Shown piece by piece: positions 1 to 13,160 of a DNA stretch of 64,000 nucleotides. The notes beneath the pieces were generated by a model that had not been told where the DNA came from, searched no databases, and saw nothing but the letters and a program-made list of their open reading frames with translations. Position 1 is the first letter of the stretch. Each line of letters starts with the position of its first letter. The translations under genes were made by a program, and so were the position numbers. Source of the stretch: Callorhinchus milii (Eukaryota); contig NW_024704743.1 in assembly GCF_018977255.1 (NCBI RefSeq), forward strand, positions 46,254,001 to 46,318,000, in the 5' to 3' direction.

Positions 1-6
1 TATCAA

Positions 7-380
7 GGAGTCCTGTAGCGAATTGGTTAGAGCGCTCGCCTCACAAGCGATAAGACCCCAGGTTCGATTTCCGGCCAAGGAGAAACCTTAGGCAAGTTTT
101 CTTACTCCACACACCTCTGTTTACCAAGATGTAAGTAAGAAATTGGTTGTCGATCGATTGTGAATTGCTTTCCAGGGGTAATACTCATTGCAAAAACAAA
201 TAATAATTTGGTCATTCAATCCTTGACTATTTGTGGGATATTGCTATGTGCAATTGACTGCTACATTTCACCCACAAAAATATACAATAAATTCACTTTA
301 CAGTATATTCTGTGAAGCAATTTGAGATGTCTTGATGATGTGATAAGGAACTATATTGAATGCAAGGGTTATTATTATTA
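7..380 (+). mobile_element. tRNA-derived SINE, long subfamily
   Basis: A-box TAGCGAATTGG, B-box GGTTCGATT, extra internal block (CTCTGTTTACC..GTAAGTA..), Deu-like core (TTTGTGGGA..GCTATGTGCAATTG), L2-like tail ending (TTA)n. Homologous to many other copies in the window. Confidence 0.9.
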
Positions 381-1596
381 AAACCCCTCATAATTTTAAA
401 GACCACTATGAGGTCACCCCTCAACTTTGTTCCAACAGGAAAAAATCACATTCCTTTCATCTCTGCTTATAAGGCAAACAACTCATTTGCAGTAATTCCC
501 TCTAAGCCCCTTATTTGCAGGTGAAGTTTTTCTTCTTATACCTCCCTATAGAGAAGCATGGGTGAAAGTGGGAACCAGAACGATATTTGTTCACTTTTTT
601 TTATTTTAGTTTTTTTGCTCTAATGTTTTGAGCAATTGTATGTTGAACAGTGGTAACAAATCCCTTGCTGGAATAAGTGCGCAGATTGCCAGTGATTACT
701 TGTGAATGACAACTGGTATATCAGCTTCCTGCCTTACAATGGACCCCTGAACAGATGTTCAGGACAAGGTGGTAATACTATAAATGATAGACAACACTAA
801 AGAGGCAGTGCACTCTCTGTTTTATTACTATAATCACTAAAGGCAAAGCAGACTATTGATTCAAAATTCCTAATGCCACCTTCAAAGAAGGTACTTTACA
901 TGCTTGACATAGCACATAACAAAATCTATTTCTCAATGCATTCTTATGTAACATAAGATGTCTGGAGCATTTTCAAACAAAGGTTGTATGTAGATTTGAT
1001 GGGTTTGTTGATAACAATACACCTCCGCCCAACAACTGGTGCCTTGTGCATTGTTTGCATTAATCACCTCATACTATGCTGGCAGTCAGGATTTGTTGGT
1101 GATTATAACCATACAGTCTCTTTCTAATTTATAATTTAAATTCACCCTGAAAAATTCATTTAATTTGACTACTCATCTCATTGTTGCTTGTGGGACCTTC
1201 CTGGCACAGATTGTCTACTGCATGTGCAACTTGTTGTTGGATTGAATAATAATCCTTGCGTTTGCATGCATAGCAACAAAGATATGAAAGATGTTAGGCA
1301 AACCCAAGTTGCTGTACTGATGGTTTTCATTGTGTTGGTATCTCATTCTTGATATCCATTTTATTTCCGGTATTTTGTCCTTTTTGTGACTTTCTGCCTC
1401 CACATTCTCATTCCTGCTAGTCTTAGCTCATAGGATCATGTTTGTCTTCAAATTTAAGACTGTGCGACTGTAGTAAAATCTTACATTCAGCCGTATTTCA
1501 GTCAGATTTCTGCAGTTCTTAAAAACAGCTAAGCTAAGGCTGAATTTAAGAATTTTGTCAAATTATGCGTTATCTTAAATTTGAAGACAAAGTGTT

Positions 1597-1912
1597 GTGG
1601 AGTCCTGTAACTCAGTGGTTAGAACACTCGCCTCACAAGCGAGAGACCTGGGTTCAATTCCCAGCCAGGGCAAAAATCTTGGGGAACTTTCCTTACTCCA
1701 CACGCCTGATGATAATCCCTCAAGAAAAAAAAAGCAATAATAAATTGGTCACTTCAATCCACGACTGTTTGTGGGACACTGCTGTGTGCAATTGGCTGCC
1801 GTGTTTTGCCCACAAATATACAGTCAATTCACTATACAGCATATTGTGTGAAGCACTTTGAGACGTCTAGAAGACGTGAAAAGCGCTATATCAAATGCAA
1901 GGATTATTATTA
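1597..1912 (+). mobile_element. tRNA-derived SINE, short subfamily
   Basis: GTGGAGTCCTGTAACTCAGTGGTTAGA head, B-box GGTTCAATTCC, core, tail TCAAATGCAAGGATTATTATT. Confidence 0.92.
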
Positions 1913-3446
1913 TATTTATTAAAATTATCTTGCAGGCTAAGGCAGGGTGGAATTTTGGGCCAGGGTATCTGTGTTACCATTACATGCTGTGCAACAATAG
2001 GCACAGTGTACGACAGTGTTGGTCAATCTCCAAGATATTTGTTCCAACACCATTGTAGGTCTGAGTGGCTCTCAATCTAGCACTTGAGCAAAGAGTCGGA
2101 TTTAATTGTCAGATGAGACGACATTTGAGCCCGAGATCTCTGATTTGATTGTGAGGCCAGTGCTCTGTTGCTGAAGCTTTGGGCCAGAATTGAGTTGCAG
2201 GTTTGTGACTCTTCCACTATCTCTTGTTCCACATTCACATTTGTCTTGAACTGTTTCCCTGAATCATGTAGACAATACATTCCAAAAGCATTGAATTTCA
2301 AACATATTAATCTACATTTACAGCACCTTTGAGATTGAATGTTCTTTTAATCAAGTCGAGGATTTTGTCTTTTGAAAACTAAGCCTTGTGCTGTTGTTTC
2401 TGTTCCTCACCTGTTCTGACTGCAGAGACAACTGGGAAAAATCAGATGGGAATGATGGATCTGTATGCAAAGGTTAACATTGGGAATAAAGGCTTTCAAA
2501 TGTTATAATTTTTTTGTTTACTGCCTCGTTTTTTAAAATTGTGTTTTCTTTGGGATTTTTTTTTCTTTTCTTTTTTCTCGAGCTGAAGGAGCAGTAACCA
2601 CTAAGCATTTTCCCAGGCCTCTGGCAGTGCAGCTCTTGAGATGGGAGACAGGAGATACATAACAATGGATCTGGCTGCCTTTTTTGACCTTTGGGGACGA
2701 ATATGCGCAGAATTTGGAACTTTTGTTTGTGGTCAAATTATGGATGCAGATCCACATCTGAACATTCTTTGGCTCATCAGTTTGCCGTACCAAACCATCA
2801 GTTTACTAAGTCACATTTTATTCAATATTGGCCCTCTGCATTCCAAATTTCAGACACCTGTGAATGTGGTGAATTCAATACTAACACTTAGTATCTGAAG
2901 TAGAGAATTGCTCCAAATTATAGGATTCAATCTCTATGTAAAATTTTACATCTTCTCTCTTTGGCATGCAGAGCAGCAGTATACAAACAAGCATAAGTAT
3001 GTTTTAATAAGGAGACTGTCTCTACATCACAAGATCAGTTTGGATGAAGAAGGCACTTTGACCCATTTAATCTCATCCATCCAGAATACTCATTTGGGCT
3101 TCCTCTCAAAATGGCATCAAGCTATTTCTTAAAGGAATCCTACAACCAGATCTCAAAAACCCTTATTGGTAATCTATTGCGGTCAATAATTACTCTGTGG
3201 GTACTTCCTTGGGTCTTACGGTCATGTGCTGCCAGTTGTGCTTATGGTTGTGGTTACAGTCACCTCCCCCCCCTCCCTATCTCCCTGGCTTGGCAGAGGA
3301 CTCCGCCACTGTCAAGCACTCTGGGACGCTACCCTGGGTGAAGGGCGCTATACAAATGCAAGTTCTTGTTGTTGTTGGGTCTGTCCTGAGATTGCCCTTT
3401 GCAGCCCTACATCTGTGCTCTCTTGTTCTGCTGCATGGCATTTTAT

Positions 3447-4350
3447 AACAATAATAATACTCCTTGCATTTGGTATAGTGCCTTATAATCTTGGAAAGAC
3501 TTCTCAAGCGCTTCACAGGATTTACTGTGAAATGAAGTGACTGTATTTGTAGACAAACATTGCAGCCCAATTGTGCACAGCAGTGTCCCATGAACAGTCA
3601 TGAAATGATTGACCAATTTTTATTTGGGGTATCTCGAATTTCAAGATCCTCATCCTCACCTACAAGGCCATTCATGGCCTTGCTCCCTCCTACCTCTCTG
3701 ACCTACTATCCCCCTACCTACCTGCCCGTACCCTCCGTTCCTCTGGCTCCGGTCTGCTCCACATCCCCCGCCCCAACCGCCCTACCATCGGTGGCCGGGC
3801 CTTCAGCCTCTCAGCCCCGAGGCTCTGGAACTCTATCCCCCAGTGCCTTCGCCTTGCCTCCTCCCTTTCCTCCTTCAAGGCCGGTCTCAAGACCTTTCTC
3901 TTTGACCGTGTCTTCAGCTCCCCTCTTGGCTCTCTACCCCCTCCTCACTCCCTCCCTTCCCTCCCCTCACCCTGACCATTTCCCAGGCATTTCCCCCCTG
4001 CTCGGGTCCTGACCCAACTGTACAGCGCCTTGGGACGTCCTCCCGACGTGAAAGGCGCTCTTTAAATGGAATGTTGTTGTTGCTGTTGTTGGCCAGGACA
4101 CTGGGAGAAACTCCATTCTCTTTTCAAATAGTGCCATGGATTCTTTAACATCCATCTGAACAGGCAGAAGGGACCTTGGTTTAACATCTCATCTAAAGGA
4201 TGGACCCTATGACAATACAGCACACCCCAGCACTGCACTGGAGTGTTAGCTTAATCCATGTGAGTTTAAGTCCCAATGTGGTTGTGGGATTTGAACCCAC
4301 AATCTTCTGACTGAAAGGCAAGAGTGTAACTACTCAGCCAAGCTGACACA
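3447..4350 (-). mobile_element. Deu-domain SINE (SacSINE1-like) interrupted by an L2 insertion
   Basis: Tail at 3447-3630 and the rest (GGCCAGGACAC..TTTAACATCCA..TTGAACCCACA..) at 4087-4350 join into the arrangement seen uninterrupted in other copies such as 15113-15430. Confidence 0.85.
3636..4090 (+). mobile_element. 5'-truncated L2 LINE 3' end
   Basis: Translates FKILILTYKAIHGLAP and later LWNSIP and FKAGLKTFLF (L2 ORF2 C-terminus); 3' stem-loop and (GTT)n tail; near-identical to 23131-23573. Confidence 0.9.
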
Positions 4351-4354
4351 CACA

Positions 4355-4690
4355 TTTTGAAAATATTGTTCTGATTTACTTTCTCTATCCCATTTAAAAT
4401 CTTATAATACACCTCCATAAGAGCCTCTGAGATGTCTCTTTTTAAGATTGTAGAGCTGGGCACCCCAATTATGTCATGACAACCAGAATTGTAACCAGTA
4501 CTCTAGGTGTGGCCTGACCAGAGTACTATACAACTTGAACATGATTTCAGTGGATCTAAACTCAATAGATTTGACAATGTAGCCCAGTATGATCTTTACC
4601 TTGTTGATTTGCTGCCTCACCCTGGTTTGACATGGTGAGCGATGAGTTAACTAACACACCTAGCACTCTTTCAGCTCTCCTCCCACCCCA
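4355..4690 (-). mobile_element. CR1 LINE fragment
   Basis: Minus strand encodes LYSTLVRPHLEYW and a EVYYKILNGIEKV-like CR1 ORF2 motif; degenerate. Confidence 0.7.
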
Positions 4691-5504
4691 CAAGTTATTT
4701 AAAGCTGATAGAGCCAACACCCACACTAAACATCTCCATGGGTCAAACCAGCATATTCAGGTTGAGCAGATGATGTGAACTGAAGGGGAGAGAAGAGCAA
4801 GGAAGAATAACAAGGAAGGGATATCAGCTCAGAAGTGATACATTTAATGAGAGGGAGTAGTTTACTAGAATTCTCTAGAGGCATCTGGCCTCTACTCATA
4901 TCACAATAATCTCCCAGAGGGGATCTGTTATGCCTCTTGTAGTCATGGGTAATGCAAATGCTTCGGCCATCGAGAGCACTCCTAAACCAGTTCAAATCTA
5001 TATGAAATTGCACTGATTCAGGTGTCATAAACATATGATATTTTCAAACTGCATCCTGTTTGTTAGCAACACAGTCCAGGGAGACCCACCAGATGCTCCA
5101 TGACATTCCACTAACATTATCGTAAAGTTAGTTGAACAACTGGCTTATTCAGCACATACAAGATCCTCCAAAAGCAGTCTAATGATAACAAGGTAAAAAA
5201 ATCATGATGCAGAGAAACAGACTTGACTTTCCTTGAAAGTCTAATACTCCACTCAAGGCATAGACTTTTGGGCCTGTGGGGCATGTCACATTGATAAATC
5301 AAATGTACATTAGCACAGTTCAACCTGGTTATAATGTGATTATCTGGGTCCAGTGTCTCAGCACCATGTTACGTTTGTGTTCTATGCAAGAAGTGCCCCT
5401 GACAATATTTTCTTTACAAAGTGGCATCAGCAGTGCTTCCTGTGTTTAGTGCACATGTGCAGTATGCCGGAAGTGACGTCAGCAATACTTCCTGAATATA
5501 GTAA

Positions 5505-5735
5505 TGTCTACTTGTTCAAGTGGACGTTAAAGATCTCATGAAAAGGGGAGTTTCTCCTGGTGTCCTCGTCAGCTTATAAAATTATTGATTCCTTGATGGC
5601 TGTTTGTGGGACTTTGCGGTGTGTAACTTGGCTGCCGTGTTCACCTACAAAATACAGGCACCCACTTCATATCTTCTGAAGTGTTTTGAGATGTCTACCT
5701 GACATGAAAGGCACTTTATCAAATGCAGGTACTGT
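5505..5735 (+). mobile_element. Deu-type SINE fragment
   Basis: GTGGACGTTAAAGATC..GGCTGTTTGTGGGAC..GAAAGGCACTTTATCAAATGCA matches other copies. Confidence 0.75.
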
Positions 5736-6447
5736 ATTTTATTTATTTATGTTCGCAAAGCACAGGGAGTGACAATGATGACCTGAAAGCCAGTTATTGT
5801 TTTAGTGGGGGAAGCCAGTTCGATAGCACTTGAAGTAAGGTGTATCTGCTTCCAGTTAGCACGGTTCCACACCAGAACTCCAATTCTGTAAGTGACCTGT
5901 GTTACATCAGAATATCTCTGTCATTTTTATCCTCAAATTTTTGCTTTTATCTTTGATGTGGTAAATACAAGGAAGTAGTCCGTGCTCCGTTGATGGTGTC
6001 TGACTGGGGAATCTTTTTCATTCTGTCAGTGTCGAATTGATATGTTGTGTTGTAGGTTGTCATGCTACAATTTCAAGTGTTTTGACAAGTTTTCCCAGGG
6101 ATGCTCTCTGCAGTCTTGATTGGGTTAGTGTGACATAGCAGAGTTGGAGAGGGAAGTAGTGTGAGAGCTGACAGCCACAGCACACCCAGAAAATTCCTGC
6201 AAGAAGGGTTCAGATGAAGAAGGCTTTATTGTACTTATTTGATCTCATCTTTCCAAAATATCAATCCTGCCTTCTTCCCTTTTCAGCATCAAGCCATTTC
6301 ACAAATGAATATAGTTTACAAGAGACCAAGCACAGTAAGGTTCTTCTTCAACTAAGTAATTCGCATTTTGACTTCTTCTATCATTCAAGAACATGTCTAC
6401 ATTACCAAATATCATTGATCATCCAAATGAATTAGTATCAAGACAGT

Positions 6448-6722
6448 TGTGAAGTCCTGTAGCTCAGTGGTTAGAGCACTCAACTCGCAAGCGAGAGACC
6501 TAGCCTCCGTTTACCTAGCAGTAAGTAGGAACCTGGTTCTTAGTCGATTGGCAGATAAAAATAAATAAATAAAAATAAACAATAGTAATTTGTTCACTCA
6601 AACCACGACTGTTTGTGCGACACTGCTGTGTACAATTGGCTGCCATGTTTCGCCCACAAATATTCAGTCAATTCACTTTACAGTAAATTCCGTGAAGTGC
6701 TTTGAGACATCTGAGACTGTTC
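6448..6722 (+). mobile_element. tRNA-derived SINE, long subfamily, internally deleted
   Basis: Head GTCCTGTAGCTCAGTGGTTAGAGCAC; B-box region missing; core present; tail truncated. Confidence 0.85.
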
Positions 6723-9700
6723 TACCTTGGGGAGATGTATCCTGTCTGTTTTTCAGGTGAACATTAATGTGTCCCATGGTACTATTGGAAAAGAGAAGAG
6801 AGTTTGTCTTGACCAAAAATCTTCCAGATTACTTGATCTTTTACTCCCTGGCTCTCTTTATGTCTTTGCTGTGCTGAAATGCTGTCGGTTTGCTCACAAA
6901 AACAGTTTGTACAATTAAAGAAAAGCACTTTGAGATTTTTTGCTGTTCAAGCTGCTATCACAATGCAAGTTCTCTTACCAGATCATCTCGAATTACGTGG
7001 AGCTACCCTGGTGAGTCTTTGGATTCAGGTTCATGCTTGCAAAATTCATTTGTTCCAATCTGGCGTTATTGTCATTGCCTGACTGCGTTACTGCACAGAT
7101 TAATTTTCAAAATGTATCAATACTGTTTTGTCTGTTGTCTGCAGATGGCATCAGTTGGTTTGGTTTCAAATTGACTAGATTTGACTCATAACAGAAACCT
7201 ATCGAATCTTCGAACAATGTCCCAGATCTATGCAAAGCTTCCACACATTCAGAGTAGCCCATGCATTATGTTTGATATCTTTAATCACTTTTTTCCATTC
7301 ATTTTCTCTGTATATATACAATGTAGTCTTATGTTCATAATGTCCATTTGACAGGATTACTGGCGGGCCTCTCCTTACCTAGTAACTCCACCTCCTTGCC
7401 CCCCTACTCACATAAATAACTGATGACAGCAGAGGAGATGATAGCTCCACTAATCCCTGTCCCAGAGGGAGAGGAGGAGTTTGAGGTTATCTGAAGTGAC
7501 TTGGCAGGTATTCCATTACCGCTACTCATTTACCTTCATGATGTGGAGTATGTGTTGAGGCTTATCTGTATAAAGATTTTTTTAATGGGAAAGGGTTATT
7601 TTCTTAATGAACCTTGGGCACGTAATTCTCATTTCTATCTTTCGGTTCCTGCCATCCCCTCTGTCTGTCCTCCTTTATCTAAGCAACCCCAGCCTCAACA
7701 CCCCTGAATGACATTTTTGAGGAGGATGTCATTGCTTTATTCTCCTAGAGGAGGAAGAAGAAGAGTAGGAAGTCTACATGGAGGAGGAAATGTCGGGGAA
7801 GGATGGCATGGCATCCTCCTCCCACATTGTTGTATTATAGTGTGATTGCTTTGTGTTTCAGGAGATAACTAAAACAAAGTTGGTTTCGCAACACAAACCA
7901 CAGCCTCCTGGTTACAAAGGCATTATAAATCAGCCAAATGGCAGAATTCATTTACAGCAAAATCAGTGCTTAAAAAGTGTTTAGTGCAATTCCGAAGTAG
8001 CCATGAAAACACAATAGTTTCTAACAGCTGAGAGCAATAAAACAAAACTCCTAACATTTCCACAGATTTATGGACTTGCCATAAGAAATAGATGCATTTA
8101 CCCACAGAGAGGCCTGGCTGCATTAATTTTGATCATTTGCTTGAATAAGACTTACTTGCTATATATAAAAAAGCATATGTGAATTGAGAAAAGAGGACTC
8201 TGAAGACTGTAAAACTTTGAACAGGACAGTACTTCTTTTGTTTTGCATGTTTTGGAATAATTTCTTTCAAGACTTATTGAATTAAATCTAAAGACTAACC
8301 TCCTTACCATAATATGGAATTATCAAAAATTAATTATCAAAAATTTCTTAAATATTTGTTACTTTGGAAGAGAAGAAAAGGAAAATTGCCCTCTGGTTTT
8401 CATTACACTCACTGAACAGCTTGTTTGCTTCACAAACTATATTTGGGTGGAAAATACAATGTTTCTGAAATATTTTTATCACCTCCAAATTGGGATTAAA
8501 TACTCAGTTTTCACTGATGTCTAAGGGGAAATCCATAGGTGAATTTTACTCAGAAGGTTAATAATATTCCCTGGTTGTGGTATAGCGCCTTCACACCAGG
8601 GGCAAGACCCTAACCGCTTCACAGGATTTACTGTGAAGTGGAGTGACTATGTTTGTAGGGGAATGCAATAGTTTAATTTGCACACAGCAAACGTCTCACA
8701 AACAGACAAGAAATTAACAAACAATTTTATTTGGGGGATTGATGGTCGGGACACAGGAAGAAACATCCTACACTTGCTAGGTTGTTGGAAAGCCGAACGT
8801 TTTAGCTGAAAAACATATTGGTATTTAGAAGTGAATTGGACAAATACTTTCAATTTAGGTTTGGGAGACAGAGGAGGGGCATTGTGGTATTAAACAGTCG
8901 GCTAGAGTTTAACCAAGATTTTATTTTAAAAAGTTGGTATTATACAAATGGGAGTGTGATGGATAAGAAGCATTAGAGGTATTAAAATTAATGAGAATTA
9001 ATCATACTGGGGGCAGGGAGGGGGGTTATTATGAGGAAGTGAGTATATAATAATCCTTACATTTGATATAGCATCTTATCACATTGTGAAAACATCTCAA
9101 AGTGCTTCATAGAATTTACTGCAATGTGTAATGACTGTGAACTTGAAGGCAAACAGGGATGCAAGCAGACTTAATCAGACAGGGGAAAGGAAGAGGAAGT
9201 ATGAAAGCTGGCTTCATGAAGCCGGGTCACACGTTTATCTTTCAGCTCATTTTTCACTGCCTGTAATTGGGATCACAGCTTTACTGAACCTCAGCGTAAA
9301 GCTTTAACCCAGCTTCAAGGTGTTGATGTTGAGAAAAAGATGAGGATGTGGGTGGGGATGGGGAAGAGCCACCTTTACACATCCTGGTATTTTGTATTCA
9401 ATAGTTATGGAATCTCTCAATATATACTATACATTTTCTACCCCCACTGGCTGCTTATATTCGCAGATCACATATTTCAAAGGCTAATTTTCTCAGAAAG
9501 TCTGTTTGTCGAGTGCCTAATGAGATTCTCTACCTTCTGTGTTCACTCACTCTTCCAGGTATAATTTCCTTTCAAGTCTGTTGTTATTGACTAAATATGA
9601 CTCCCCCGTAGCTCATTTCCATTGTTTGTTGTATAATTGGGCTGTCAACTATCCATCGAATGGGCAGATGCGCAGTTGAATCTACCCCTGATTATTATCC

Positions 9701-11288
9701 CACACTAGGTGCTCGAACAATATGATCAGTGTTACCAGAGTTACCACTGTATTTATTGACAGGTTAATGCTCTGTCCTGGTAAGGCTGCCAGCTCCCTGT
9801 AGTGACCAGATCATAAAATTTCCATTGGAATGTACATCATGACATGCTTCCTACTGAACCAAAAATGAAAACTTGAAAGGTTAATTGGACAATAATATTA
9901 GTATCCCACTGCCTCACTGTTCATATCTGAGTGATACAGGAAGTGAAATACAGGAGCAGTAGGTAAGTTTTCATACTTAGAGAAATCGATCTGTCTATAT
10001 ATTGGAGGGGTTTTCACTTGCCAATCTTACACAGGAATTGCCTCAATGGCACTGTCACACCAGGTAGAATGTTGACAATGAAATCCAATCTCATTGCTGT
10101 GAAATACATCATAAAAGATTCCCTGTGTCATCTCTAAAGCTTCATTCCTGGGTGTAAAACAAGGTATTCACGAGATGAAAGTCACTGCAGCATATGAGAT
10201 GTCTGATTTTATGCCTGAAATACCGTAGCGCCATTCGCCAAAATAATCCCCATCTGGAAGGCCATTACACAGCTGGCATTTTGCTTTCTGACCTTTATCA
10301 GATTTTTTTGTCCCTTTTTATTTGCTGAGAAATATCCCAGGAGCAAAACATCAGCAAACCAGAGGGTGCCAAGAAAATAACTAAGAAATTTGTTAAAGGG
10401 TCAGAAAGCAAAACTTAAAATGAATGTTATTTAAATTCTAGGATAATGATTACAACACAGAGCAAACTGGTTCCACATTAAAATCTTGTGAAAAAATAAG
10501 TCAGACTAGGCTATGGGCTCAAGCCCTGAAGTGGAACTTAAACCCATAACCTTCTGATTTAGAGGTTAAGATGCTATCAACTGGTCTTAGAAAGAATTGG
10601 CGTGCTTACTATAACAAATGCTACCTAGAAATTTCAGCATGAAATTAAATATGGATCTTGAATAAAAAGTGTCCAAACACTTAGTTGTTTTTGTCAGAAG
10701 GTTCACTTCCTGTTTTCTGCCTCCAGTGGAGTAGACAGCTGTTGTTATATTAAAGAAACAAGATGGTGTCTGCAGGGATATAATCTCAGCACTTTAAAAA
10801 CTTCAAATTACTGGCTGTTTGAGATCCATTTTTAAAAAAAATTGAGTTTAGTGCTGCAAAATTTTGATTTTAATATATTTAGAAAAATCTTGAAAACCAC
10901 GTCTCATAACCTAAGCATGAAATAACAAATTGATCTTTGAAGCTGTTATTGAGGATTAATGGGGATTAATTGCTGTATAAATTGACTGGAATCTTGTTTG
11001 AGGAAATCTGGTCTAACTACATGTTTAGCATGTATGCCCATATTTCTTATATATGAAAACTACACAGTATTACTTCTGTCTCATAATCCCTCCGATATTT
11101 CCATTACAATAAAGCAAACGTGGCAGACAGTGACAGGAATTGCAGTAAGAACTTTGGAGTAAAGCATTGGGTGAGAGCAGATTCTTTGGTGCAATATGTA
11201 AAGTGGAGCTGGGAACGGGCTTTCTGGTTTTAAAAAGGGCAGGAGAGAACCTGTATGTATAGTGGAGAGAGAGAAAGAAAATCCGTAC

Positions 11289-12017
11289 AATAATAATAAT
11301 CCTTGCATTTGATATAGTTCCTTGTCACGTTCGAGACGTCTCAAAGTGCTTCACAAAATATACTATAAAGTGAATTTGACTGTATATTTTGTGGGCAAAA
11401 TGCGGCAGCCAATTGGGGAGACAGTGTCCCACAAACGTGGATTGAGTGACCAATTTATTATTTTTTTTGAAGGAATGTAACAAGAAAATTACATTTGTAT
11501 AGAGCCTTTCACATTGGGAGGAGGTTCCAAGGCCCTGGACAATCAATGTTTCAGACCCGAGTTGGGGTTCAGGATTGGGGAAGGTGGAGGGTAAGGGGGA
11601 AGGAGTGTGATCGAAGGCACGGTCGAAGAAGAAGGTCTTGAGATGGGTCTTGAAGGAGGAAATGGAGGAGGCGAGGTAGAGGGACTGTGAGTTAGAGTTC
11701 CAGAGGGTGGGGGCAGAGTGGCTGAAAGCCCGCCTGCCAGTGGTGGGGCGGGGGAGGCGGGGAATGTGAAGCAGGCCGGAGACCACTGAGTGGAGGGAGC
11801 AGGCAGGTTGGTAGGGGGTTAGGAGGTTGCAGAAGTAGGGGGGAAGCAAGGCCATGGAGGGCTTTGAAGGTGAGGACCAGAATATTGAACTGTATCCTCT
11901 GTGTGATGGGAAGCCAGTGGAGTCGGGTGAGGATGGGGTTGACAGGGAGATACCCCTAGAAAAGTGATCCACCAATCAACCAACAACCAGGTAAACTTAC
12001 TTACTGCCAGGTAAACA
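11289..12017 (-). mobile_element. Long-subfamily SINE split by an L2 3' fragment (about 11478-11945)
   Basis: SINE tail/core at 11289-11472 and its internal block resuming at about 11951; the intervening part encodes RAFSHSAPTLWN..FKTHLKTFFFDRAF (L2). Confidence 0.82.
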
Positions 12018-12173
12018 TCTACGGGATAGAGAGAGAACCTGTTCAGTGGATGGAGAGAATGGGGCCCATGGTCTAGTGGCTTTTTGCTTCTACTGAATTG
12101 AATTACTTCTTATTAGAAGATTAATCAGTAATATCAATCTCTACACATGTAATGACATTTCAGCGCACAAAGC

Positions 12174-12499
12174 AATAATAATAATAATAATAATAATCCT
12201 TGCATTTGATATAGCGCTTTTCACGTCGGGAGGACGTCCCAAAGCGCTTCACAGAACACATTGTAAAGTGAATTGACTGTATATTTGTGGCGAACGCGGC
12301 AGCCAATTGCGCACAGCAATGTCCCACAAACAGTCGTAGATTGAAAATGACCAATTTATTATTGTTGTTTTTTGGAGGGATTATTATTAGGCTCTGTGTG
12401 GAGTAAGGAAACTTGCCCAAGGTTTCGCCCTGACTGGAATTGAACCCAGGTCTCTCACTTACAAAGCGAGTGCTCTAACCACTGAGCCACAGGACTCCG
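12174..12499 (-). mobile_element. tRNA-derived SINE, short subfamily (young)
   Basis: Reverse complement closely matches 39418-39749 and 58446-58761. Confidence 0.93.
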
Positions 12500-12764
12500 C
12501 GATAGAAATGACAGGATATCTCCCACCCCAATTACTGTTTCTTTCTTGTCTGACACTCTGCCATTTTGCTCAATTAGAGTGCAATACAGATTTACATTTA
12601 TATAGCCCCTTTCACATTTGGAGGATATCCCAGAGCCCTTCACTATTGTGACCTTGAAACCACAGACTTCTAACTCAGAGGCGAGAGTGCAACCACATTG
12701 ACACCCATCTGTAACTCTTGCAAAGTGCACATTTATGCCAGTTTTTTAATAAAATCATTTCTTT

Positions 12765-13160
12765 CTTCCTCTCCTGAAGGCACTGCTTGAAGCTGTGATA
12801 TAGTTCCACACGTGCCAGGCTTCTTCCATTTTCGCATCTGATTGACGGTTTCTCATTTGTGACCCCGCACAGTGAATGTTGGCACCCTATAGGCCATAAA
12901 GGTTACTGCAACTAAGCCTGACCCTACCCTTTCCTGCTGGCCACCCAGTAGAGTTTACTGGACAGAGAATATGAGTGGTAAACTTAGCCACGTCTTCCTG
13001 TTCCTAGTCCAAGCGCACTGAAGTGAATCGTAGCAACCCTACTGCTGCCCTAGCTGAGATCAGCTAACTTGGCATAGATCAGTTGTTGAACCCAGTTCCT
13101 ACCCAGTCTATTATGGCTCAGCTCAACGCTGGGCAGTCACTATCAGCTGAGCCATTGAGG
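12765..13160 (-). mobile_element. Ancient SINE, AmnSINE2-like
   Basis: CTGAGATCAGCTAACT..TTGAACCCAG..GCTGAGCCA and terminal CTCTCCTGAAGGCAC resemble the recalled AmnSINE2-type consensus. Related decayed copies at about 23770-24015, 26545-26880, 27090-27420, 47150-47400 and 51405-51560. Confidence 0.55.

Noticed and set aside
11325..11975. Longest ORF (216 aa) as a host gene
   Set aside because: It is a composite of a frameshifted L2 3' end and a SINE.
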